From assembly GCA_001275005.1 (NCBI GenBank), contig JWZX01003236.1, positions 1 to 39,483 of the forward strand: a DNA stretch of 39,483 nt. Direction: 5' to 3'. Below, piece after piece: positions 18,701 through 27,650 of the stretch. Both the position numbers and the translations under genes were made by a program. The DNA is from Chrysochromulina tobinii (taxonomy: Eukaryota). The notes beneath the pieces are model-generated. The model had not been told where the DNA came from. It worked only from the letters and a program-made list of their open reading frames with translations, and did not search any database. Position 1 is the first letter of the stretch, and every line of letters starts with the position of its first letter.

Positions 18701-19301
18701 GGCCAAGGCGGACACGGAGTCGTCGCGCTGGCGCAACCTGGGCGAGCTGGCGAATCTAGCTCGCGAGCGGCACGTCAGCGAGCTGGACGAGTTCCTCGAC
18801 CAAATTGCGCTCGTGTCCGATGTGGATGCACTCGATGCCCACGGGACGCAGATCGTGCGGGACCGTTCCATCGTGCAACTCTCGACCATCCACGCTGCCA
18901 AGGGGCTCGAGTTCGATGCAGTCTTCCTCGCGGGCGTCGAGGAGGGACTGCTGCCGCACTTTTACTCCTCCAACTCGCTCGACGAGGTAGAGGAGGAGCG
19001 CCGGCTCATGTATGTGGCAATGACGCGCGCCAAGCAGCACCTTGTGGTGACGCACGCCGGCGCGCGCGGCCGCTGGGGCAAGTTCAACTTTGTCGAAGCG
19101 TCGCGGTTCCTGCAGGACTTACCCGACACGTGCGAGCGGCGCGCGCTCCCTCCGCGCCCGCGCGGGCGTTGGCAGGACAGGACAGGAGGGACAGACCGGG
19201 CAGGAGGGACGGACCGGCCAGGACCACGATTCTCGGGCTCCACCTCCGGACGATGGCGACAGCGTGGCGGCGACGAGGATTTTGAGGATGTCGACGCGTG
19301 A
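15776..19301 (+). CDS. HNH endonuclease-UvrD/PcrA (SF1A) helicase fusion; predicted intron 16191-16275
   Basis: Exon 1: CAGC...VDHIKPLALGGHNGLSNLQALCVPCHARKT. Exon 2: MNQQQ, AGPGTGKT, VTFTNKAA, TFHS, VDEFQDTN, VGDADQAIYGWRGA, LNYRS, LYRTNAQS, STIHAAKGLEF, EERRLMYVAMTRAK. An 85-nt GT...TAG intron joins the two ORFs in frame (AVAQ-D-EIAI). Confidence 0.8.
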
Positions 19302-19541
19302 GCGAAGCGTTGCAGTGAAATGCGGGAGCACTACAGTACCGTTGCTTGCTTGCGGAGCCGTCCTTGTGTTTTGACTGACCCGATGAAGTGTTCACCATTT
19401 TGGAAGGTTTAACCATTTTGGAAAATGGCGCGTGGCAACAGCCAAAAGCGTCGAAACCATCAGCCCGATCCGTGAGGGCACGCTGTGCAAGGAAAGTGTG
19501 TACTACCCACACGTCTGTCGGGTGTCTCAACAAAGGCAGAG

Positions 19542-20584
19542 ATGGAGGCTCCAAAGAGCGAGCACATGGGGGCGCCGGTGGAGCCGCAGGTGGCGCTCCC
19601 GCCCCAGGCCCAGCTGATCCAGATTCCGATCCCCCCCGAGGCAGGGCCTTCCGCACCCATGCATCCGCTTCCGCCAAATGGGGTAATGATGCCCAACCCC
19701 GGCGAGATGATGGGGCACATGCCCCCCGGCATGATGCCCCCTGGAATGATGCCGGGGGCACACATGATGGGTGAGCAGATGATGGGCGGCGATGACGATG
19801 ACGACGACGACGACGACGAGGGCGTGCCGGCGAAGCGCAAGCGTGGCGGCCACGGCCGTCGCAAGATTGAGATCGAGTACATTGATGACAAGATCCGGCG
19901 GCACATCACCTTCTCGAAGCGCAAGGCGGGCATCTCCAAGAAGGCGTACGAGCTGAGCCGGCTCACTGGCGCGCAGGTGCGCGTCTGGGGCATGCGAACG
20001 ACCGACAGCGCCCCCCCGTGCAAGTGCCCAGCGCTCCCCGTGCTTGGCATGCCCTTGCCCCCGCTTGCCCTTCGCGTGACACGCGTGCCTTCGCCGCCCC
20101 GCCCCACCCCCTCACGCCCCCGCGTGCGCAGGTGCTCCTCCTGATCTCCTCCGAGCGCGGCCAGATCTACTCGTTCGCGACGCCCAAGCTGCAGCCGATC
20201 CTGGTGAACGACGGCTCGAAGACCCTCATCGAGCAATGCCTCAACGCGCCCGACCCGATGGGCCAGCCTCCCCTCCCGATGATGCCGGTGATCGATCAGA
20301 GCCAGCAGCAGCATTACGACCCGAACCAACTTCACCACTACATGCAGACCGGCCAGGCGCTGCCGCCGGGCATGGTGATGCCGCCGGTGATGCCGCAGGG
20401 CTACGCGCCCCAGCCGAGCATGCAGCAGTACGCATCCGAGCAGCAAATGGCGGCGGGCTCGCTGGTGGCGATGCAGCCCGACGGATCTATGCGCCAAGCT
20501 GCGCAGCAGCATGGCTACATGCTCGGCCCCGACGGCCAGTACGTCGCTATGGTCCCCGCGCAGCAGCCAGGCATGCAACAGTGA
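19542..20584 (+). CDS. SRF/MCM1-type MADS-box transcription factor; intron 19977-20131
   Basis: GRRKIEIEYIDDKIRRHITFSKRKAGISKKAYELSRLTGAQ splices to VLLLISSERGQIYSFATPKLQP...IEQCLNAPD. Flanks are Pro/Gln/Met-rich. Confidence 0.93.
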
Positions 20585-21353
20585 GCGTGCCCTCGGGTGA
20601 GGTAGAGGCCACAGCGGTGGCGGGTGGCTCTGTGGCGCGCGCGCGCGAGGCCGTGGTTCGGCACGGCCTCTCGCGGATGCTCGTCGCAAGCTGCGCGGGG
20701 GAGGGGCTAGGAAAGCAACGCATGGACTGTCCGAACGAGTGGGATTACGATGGGGGATAGATCTCGAGCGAAATCTCGAGCCGCGCTGCATCCCTCCTGT
20801 TCGGGGGACAGCCCCGCGGCGCGCGCCTACGTCATGCAGCCGCCAGGGCGGGCTGTGCCAAACTACGTGTGTGTGTGTGAAGTGCGGGTGCGCGGCCGCG
20901 CCGCTCCGGCGTCCGGCCGGGCGGGGACCGGGGTTGGCGGGTCGGCGGTCGGGCCCTCGCGCTCGAGGGCGGTGCGTTTCGCGTTTGCACCCGGTGCGGG
21001 CCGTGCGTGTCGGATTGCTCAACTATTAACTAAGACAGTCTACTCAAGGGTCATACCATAAACGTTGTTCTTTTTACCAACTCGGCGCCTGTGTACCTAT
21101 CTGCCACTATCATCGGATCCGGTGAAAGCGTCCTCGCGGGTCCGTCGCGAACCCGCGAGATTCTTTCGCGAAGTGCCGGCGGCGGCGCGGGCGCGAGCCG
21201 TCGCTCGCCCGGCCAGCTCGCCGCTCGGCTGGGGCTGCGAGCTGTCTGGAGTCATCGGCCCTGAAGGCTAAACCGATTGGGCCGTCCCAGAAAGCAGCAA
21301 AGCACGGCGTGGGACACAAAAGATCGGCACGAGGACACGCGTCCATCCCCGGC

Positions 21354-22018
21354 TCAGTTGGGAGTATTGTAGCCGACACCACCCATGAAGCTTTTCGGAT
21401 CCGGTACCTGCCCGTTGAAACTTGCACCCGAGAAGTCGAAGCCCGGGTTTTCGGCCTGAAAGCGCTCGAGCATGAGCGACTTCTGCACCTCCGATTGTGT
21501 GAACGGATCATTTATGGTATGACCCTTGAGTAGACAGTCCCAGGTTACGCCCTTGGAACCCTTGACCAACGATAAGTGCAGCACACCGTCCTCTGCGGGA
21601 AGCGCGCACGACGGACGGCGTGACGGTGCAAATCAGCCAAGGAGAATGGCTGGTGTGCTGATCCAGCACTGCAGTCGTGGTTGGCAGTGCACGCACCTAG
21701 GGTCCATACACTGTCGCTTGCATTAGCTAGGTTCGCAAAGGGTTCCTGCGAGTGGTGAAACAGAGGGTATCGATGGAGGTGGTGGCGCCAGCCTGCGCTG
21801 GTATTCACACGCGTGGCGGCGCGCACATCGATGAAGGGCGGGTTGCCGCGCAGGCCAACCCTCAGCCGCTTTGCGTCGATTTTGATGTCCAGCATCTTCG
21901 CCTTCACGCCGGGCGGCACCTCGATGAAGACATGTATTTCCTCGAGCGTCTGCTCCCACTCGTATATTTTGCGTCCTTGATGCTCGTACGACAGCCGCTT
22001 TGTCGCGATCTTGTCCAT
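21354..22018 (-). CDS. NudC/CS-domain co-chaperone (NudCD2-like); introns 21746-21826 and 21593-21696
   Basis: YEWEQTLEEIHVFI...NPPFID|EPF...SVWTL|EDGVLHLSLVK...LMLERFQAENPGFDFSGA. Both introns are GT-AG and restore the frame. Confidence 0.9.
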
Positions 22019-22193
22019 CGGCACAGTTATCGGGATCGCGACGGCTTCGAATCGAGAACTCGCACAACACTCGCACAACAAACTTGCCACACACGGCCTC
22101 CGGTCCTGTTCTCGCGCATGAATCAGCACTAGGACGCACCGCAATTCCGCAACACCAATCGGAACCTCGCCCATCGAGGTCCCGATTGGCGAA

Positions 22194-23414
22194 ATGCTGG
22201 TGCCGATGGGCTCGGCGAAGCTCGTCGTCCTGGCCGTGATCACGCTGCTCAGCGCTCCGGCGCGCCCATTCGGAGCCGCTCGAGCGCCGGCGGTTCGTAT
22301 GCAGGCGACCGCGGCTTCCTCGCAGATCATCGACGCATCGGCCGCTGAGCTCCGCGCGGCGCCCAATCCGCCGCCATCGGCCGAGCACGACATCCTGCTG
22401 CGCGCGGCACGTGGCGAGGTGACCGAACGCACGCCAGTATGGCTCATGCGCCAGGCGGGCCGCTACATGCGCTCCTTCCGCGAATTCTCAACCAAGATTG
22501 AGTTTCGCAAGCGCTCCGAGACGGCTGAGATCGCGACCGAGCTCTCGCTGCAGCCGTGGAAAGCGTTCGGCACGGACGGTGTCATCATGTTCTCGGACAT
22601 CCTGACGCCGCTACCCGCGATGGGCATCGAGTTCGACGTGGTCCGCGGCGACGGCCCCGTCATCTCCTCGCCGCTGCGCACGATGGCCGACGTGCGGGCG
22701 ATGACGCCGTTCCAGGACCCCAACACCAAGCTCCCGTTCATCCGCGAGATTCTGGGCAGCCTGCGCAAGGAGACGGAGGGCGCCGCGACGCTGCTCGGCT
22801 TCGTGGGCGCGCCCTTCACGCTCGTCGCATACTCCGTAGAGGGCGAGGCCAATCGGCATTGCATCCACACGAAGAAGATGATGACGGCGGCGCCTGAGGT
22901 GCTCCACGCCGCGCTCGACAACGTGGCCGACGCGATCGGCATGTACGCGTGCCACCAGATCGAGTGCGGCGCGCAGTCGATCCAGTTCTTCGAGTCGTGG
23001 GCCCACCATCTGAGCCCCGCCCAGTTCAGCATCTTCGCCAGGCCATACGTCGATCGCGCGATGGCCTACGTCAAGGCGCGGCATCCGACTGTGCCGCTCA
23101 TCTACTACGCCAACGGCGGCTCGTCGTACCTCGAGCGTCAGCGCGACATGCAGGCGGACATGATTGCTCTCGACTGGGCCGTCGACATGCGCGTCGCGCG
23201 TCAGATCCTTGGCGCTGAGCGCAAGGTGTCCGGCAACGTCGACCCGACCATCCTCTTTGGAAGCGAGGCGCAGATTCGCGAGGCGGTGATCACCAACATC
23301 GCCGAAGCGGGCGGCAAGGGACGTCACATCCTCGGCGTCGGGCACGGCGTGCTGCAGGGCACGCCAGAGGCCTCCGTCGCCGCCTTCGTCAGGGCCGCCA
23401 AGGAGCATAGTTGA
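22194..23414 (+). CDS. hemE: Uroporphyrinogen decarboxylase, probably plastid-targeted
   Basis: PVWLMRQAGRYM, IMFSDILTPL, GFVGAPFTL, GNVDP and LGVGHGV. N-terminal signal plus transit-like peptide; the start may be 22206. Confidence 0.96.
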   Translation: MLVPMGSAKLVVLAVITLLSAPARPFGAARAPAVRMQATAASSQIIDASAAELRAAPNPPPSAEHDILLRAARGEVTERTPVWLMRQAGRYMRSFREFSTKIEFRKRSETAEIATELSLQPWKAFGTDGVIMFSDILTPLPAMGIEFDVVRGDGPVISSPLRTMADVRAMTPFQDPNTKLPFIREILGSLRKETEGAATLLGFVGAPFTLVAYSVEGEANRHCIHTKKMMTAAPEVLHAALDNVADAIGMYACHQIECGAQSIQFFESWAHHLSPAQFSIFARPYVDRAMAYVKARHPTVPLIYYANGGSSYLERQRDMQADMIALDWAVDMRVARQILGAERKVSGNVDPTILFGSEAQIREAVITNIAEAGGKGRHILGVGHGVLQGTPEASVAAFVRAAKEHS

Positions 23415-23732
23415 TCACACGGGCGGCGGTTGGCGGTGCCGTTGGACACTGATAGTGGTCGCCAAGACGCAAGTGAGAGAGCGGCAGGTGTCGTGTGCTG
23501 ACTTGGTATCCGCATGAGTTTCCGGCTTTCCGCATGCATCGTTTTGTTGAACATTTGCGGATGATCGAGCTGCATATGAGCTCATTTAGGGTCTTAGGGA
23601 ACGCACCGCCGGGCCCGCACCGGTCCGAACGTCTAGGGTCCAAGGGCGAAGAGCGGCTCGCTGCCACTTGCCGGCACGTGTCAGCTTGCTTGCTACTCCG
23701 TGCAGCTAGCTCGCTCAGCCGGTGCGCCGAAC

Positions 23733-25128
23733 ATGCCTCACGGTCACGGAGGCGGTGGTCACCGTGGTGGTGGTTTTGGTGGTGGTGGCGGCGGCGGTCA
23801 TCGTGGCGGTCATCATGGCGGGCCCCACCACGGCGCCCCCCACCACGGGGGCGGTGCTGGCCCTGGCCACCATCCTGGCGGCGGCCATCAAGGCAGAAAC
23901 AACGCGAGCGGCCACAACGCTGGCGGCCATAACGCCGGCGTGGCCGCCGGCGGCCACTACGCTGGCGGGAATACGAAACACGTCACCAACAAGCACGTCA
24001 GTCGCACGGTGGTCAATCGCACTGTGGTGGTCGGAGGCCGCGCTCGGGTGATGGTGCGCCAGCCCGTCGTGGAAGTCGTCGTTGTCGGTGGCTACCGCGG
24101 CGGTTGGGGTTGTCCCATCTATGCGCGGCCATACTGGGCGCGGCCATACTGGGCGCGTCCTCGGATGTATTATTCACGTTGGTGGTGGGACCCGCCGCCG
24201 CCACCAGCATATTATCGGTGCCGTCCATGGTGGGCAGCGCCGCCACTCGAGGCCCCGCCCCCGCCGCAACACCCCAAGGATCGTTGGCGGGAAGGCCCAC
24301 CGCCCAACCCCACAGAGCGGTGGCACGTGGTGCTCTTCGACGCGTCAGGCTGCGGCATGACGAGCCGACTCCACAAGGTCAACGCGCAGAGCGTCTTCTC
24401 ATCTCAGGTGCCGCTCGATAAGGTGACGGTCGACTTTCGACTCTGGGCGGCACCTCTTCAGGATCTCACCTCAAAATCTCCCACGAACGCGCCGCCACCG
24501 GAGTGCCCGCCCCCGCCGCGTCGGCACGATGGAACGTCATCCTGGAACTTCGAGACACAGCTGCCCATGGCGTTTGCGAGCCCGCTGGGCCCGCGCAGCT
24601 TTGGAGAGGTTGCGGCAGCGATCGTGCTGTACAATGCGGCGGATCGTACGAGCTATACGACGGCGATGGCGTGCGTCAAGGCGGCGCGCGATGCCCGATG
24701 CGGCGGGCGTCGACGGCGACGAGATCTGCACGGTAGTCGTTGGCATCGAAGCGAGTGTAGCTAGCGCGGACCCAGTGACCTACCAGGAGGGGCGCGCTTT
24801 CGCCGAGGATCAAGGGGTGGGCCTCTTCTTCGAGACAGCCCTTGCAACTTCCGCAGACGACACGCGTCTCCTCGTGAGCGTCGGAGAGCACCTGTACGCC
24901 CGGGCTGTCTCGCGCCGTGAAAAGGAGCAAGCCAGGGAGCAGGCGCTTATGATGCTCGCCGATGCAATGGAGGTCGGCTGGTTTGAGCGTGTCGAGCTTG
25001 AGAAGCTCGAGGAGGCGCTCGAGGCGGCGATCATGGCGGGCGTCGATGAGGATGCCCTCAAGCCCGCCCAGGAGAAGCTCGCGGAGCTCAAGGCTCCTCC
25101 GTGGTACTCGTGCACCCATACGCGGTGA
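23733..25128 (+). CDS. Gly/His- and Pro-rich protein with a degenerate Rab-like small-GTPase domain; frame break near 24685
   Basis: VVLFDASGCGMTS (G1-like), FRLWAAP (G3-like) and AAIVLYNAADRTSY in one frame. The +1 frame continues with TVVVGIEA and VTYQEGRAFAEDQGVGLFFETA (G5-like). Confidence 0.55.
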
Positions 25129-25598
25129 CGATCATTGTAGTGGTCGTGTACTCGAGTGTTCGCCAGTCCGTCCGTTGTTCCTTGCGTTGTTCCGGGCGGG
25201 GTCGACGGGCGGGGATTGGGCGTTCGGGCCCCCAGGCCCCCAGGGGGGTTGGGTAGGGGTTGGGGTCGAGGGTTGGGGCCACATGGTTGGGGCGGCGGAG
25301 CCGTTCCTGAGAGATGGAGGATCAGGGGGCGGGCGAGAGGTGCGGGCGCCGGGCCGGCTCGTGACTGATGTTGAGAGGCTGCGTCACACGGTCTGCGGCC
25401 TCTCAACATCAATCACCGTGCGGCCCCAGACCATGTTGCATGGTCTGACATGCCGCGATGTCAGTCAGTCAATCTGTCAATCAGGCAGTCTGTCTGTTAG
25501 TTTCCCCGGTCAAACATGGTTCCTGGACGTGGGTGTCGAGCTTCTATCTTTTGGCTGTGAATGTGAACACAATCTCGCTTACCCCGGCGTACTTCCCA

Positions 25599-26159
25599 AT
25601 GTCGCTGCGCATCGGCCTCACATATCGTCTCGCCTTCCTGGCAACGGCAGTGGCAATCGCGCCGTCAGAGCCGTTTGCGTCTCTGCCCCCCGCACCGTCG
25701 AGGCCATATGCGTTAGGGCGGAGCATGTCTCGTACGTCGATTCTCAAGCAGGCCTTGGGACTGCTGCTCCTTCCGAGCACAGCGAGTGCTGCTGAGAAGA
25801 AGCCCAATGTGAAAGATGTGGTGGCGCAGCTGGAGGCAAGCACGCCCAAGGAGGAGCGCAATGCAGCTGGTGATAAGGCCGACCACTTCCCAAAGATCGC
25901 TTTCGAAGGATCGCAGGGGCAGGGAAAGAAGATCGTCTTCACAGTGCCCCACGAGAACCTATCTCCGCCAGGCTTCTCATACATTGAATACATGTGGATC
26001 AAAGATGAGAGCAGTGGCGACATCTTGACCGCCAAGAAATTCACCCAATCCGATCCAAACCTGGTGATCACGGCTTACGGAAACAGCGGGCAGAAGTTGA
26101 CAGCGGCTTCGAAAGACAACAAATTTGGGATATGGGAAGGAACGTTTCTCGTGCCGTGA
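25599..26159 (+). CDS. Superoxide reductase/desulfoferrodoxin-fold-like protein with degenerate metal ligands, putative plastid/thylakoid-lumen targeting
   Basis: DHFP...VPHEN...SYIEYMWI...DNKFGIWEG aligns by eye with the SOR pattern KHxP...HPM...HYIxW...CNxHGLW. The presequence has a signal-like part, a transit-like part and a hydrophobic stretch ending in ASA. Confidence 0.55.
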   Translation: MSLRIGLTYRLAFLATAVAIAPSEPFASLPPAPSRPYALGRSMSRTSILKQALGLLLLPSTASAAEKKPNVKDVVAQLEASTPKEERNAAGDKADHFPKIAFEGSQGQGKKIVFTVPHENLSPPGFSYIEYMWIKDESSGDILTAKKFTQSDPNLVITAYGNSGQKLTAASKDNKFGIWEGTFLVP

Positions 26160-26447
26160 GGACTCAATCGCACGTTCTATTCCAATCCTGCAGTTGGATT
26201 ATGCACAGCTCGCATATCCATGGCGAGGGGATAATATCATGGCCCTTTGAAATTATTTTCCTTGAGGCTTGAGCTCCTGTGATTGTTAAATAGAGGCCGC
26301 GTCGACCGCTGCTTACCAGTACAGTAGTACATGAAGTGCTTGCGTACGCCTTGTAGAGCCTAGAAGAGTGCGTCATCGAGCGGTAACGCACCGGATAATT
26401 GGACGCGAGATGACGAAACGCGCTGCGGTGCACACTTGTGCGCGGGT

Positions 26448-27329
26448 ATGATGTCGTCATTTCTGCTTTGCATCGTCCATGGCATCGTCGTGCCACGCCG
26501 CCAACTGCTGCACGTGGTAGGCGCATCGTGCACCGGCCTCCTCGTGGTGCCGCATCGGAAATGCCTTGCACTCACCGTTGATCCGTCGCTCACAGATGAA
26601 GACGGTCTGTTCGTTGTGGACCCTAGAAAGGCGTTGGCCGGCCTCACGGATCCAGATTCAGAGCCGGTGGGTGCATACAGCACCATCTCTGCCGCGCTTA
26701 GTGTAGCGCCGCGCGATGCGACCGTCATCGTGCGACCAGGCATGTACACTGAGCAAGTTATCATCACGCGGCCAGTGAAGCTACTTGCGGATGCCGGTGC
26801 TGTTCTGACCTGGAAGACGGACCGACCATATGAGCACGCGCTGACAGTTTCGCTGGTCGAAGGCGGCGAGCATGATCATGTGCTCATATCTGGGCTCTCC
26901 ATCAATCACCACTCCAGATCCGTTGCACAGAACTATGCAGTCTTCGTCCCGGTGCCGTCATCGGCCGAGGCCGACCGCGTGCGCATCCTGCTGAAGCAGT
27001 GCGACATAACGAGCAGCAGCGGCAGTGGAGTGGGTGTTGAGGGCGGCGATGTGTCGCTCGAGCAATGTCGGGTCACTGCATGCCAGAATCACGGAATCAT
27101 CTATGTTGGCAGCTCGGCGCGCGGTGTGGTTGAGAAGAGCTCAGTCGAGAAGTGCAAGCTCAACGGCATACTCCTCCGGGATGGCGCGTCGCCCTTGCTT
27201 CGGAGCAACCGTCTTGCAGGAAACGCGCAGTACGGCATCGCACTCTTCGACTGCCGCGGCGTGCTCGAGGGGAACGACCTGAGCGGCAACGGCAAAGGCG
27301 GTGTGAGCGGGGAGTGTGACTTGGACTGA
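26448..27329 (+). CDS. Right-handed parallel beta-helix (pectin-lyase-like) protein, putative plastid/lumen presequence
   Basis: YSTISAAL...VIVRPGMYTE cap followed by repeated GxGV/HGI/NGI/YGI beta-helix coils. N-terminal signal-like sequence and RRQLL...CLA. Confidence 0.75.
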   Translation: MMSSFLLCIVHGIVVPRRQLLHVVGASCTGLLVVPHRKCLALTVDPSLTDEDGLFVVDPRKALAGLTDPDSEPVGAYSTISAALSVAPRDATVIVRPGMYTEQVIITRPVKLLADAGAVLTWKTDRPYEHALTVSLVEGGEHDHVLISGLSINHHSRSVAQNYAVFVPVPSSAEADRVRILLKQCDITSSSGSGVGVEGGDVSLEQCRVTACQNHGIIYVGSSARGVVEKSSVEKCKLNGILLRDGASPLLRSNRLAGNAQYGIALFDCRGVLEGNDLSGNGKGGVSGECDLD

Positions 27330-27512
27330 GACCCTCTGGAGCGCCACCTCATTCGACACCGGCGCGCACGCCTAAAGCCATCTCGCCACTACTGGTAAGC
27401 TGGGGGCCAACCTGCTGGACGGCTTGCTCGTGGTTACACATCATCAACGCTCATCATCAACGCTACCACGTTAATGCAGCACCGCCGGTTATTACCAGGG
27501 CCCTGGTGTTTT

Positions 27513-27544
27513 TTGAACTTGAACTTGAACTTGAACTTGAACTT
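27513..27544 (+). repeat. (TTGAAC)5 microsatellite
   Basis: Read directly; preceded by the 14-bp palindrome ACCAGGGCCCTGGT (27494-27507). Confidence 0.95.
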
Positions 27545-27650
27545 TTTTATATAACCGTTACATGTACAACCTGGACTTGTGAGAAGTTTCGTCGTGAGGA
27601 GCAAAGTCGCGGCGGCCGCCGCCGCCGCCGCCGCCGCCTCGGCCAGCGTG

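Noticed and set aside
27513..27544. Short repeat arrays as possible CRISPR
   Set aside because: Spacer-less hexamer microsatellites with no cas genes, in a eukaryotic context.
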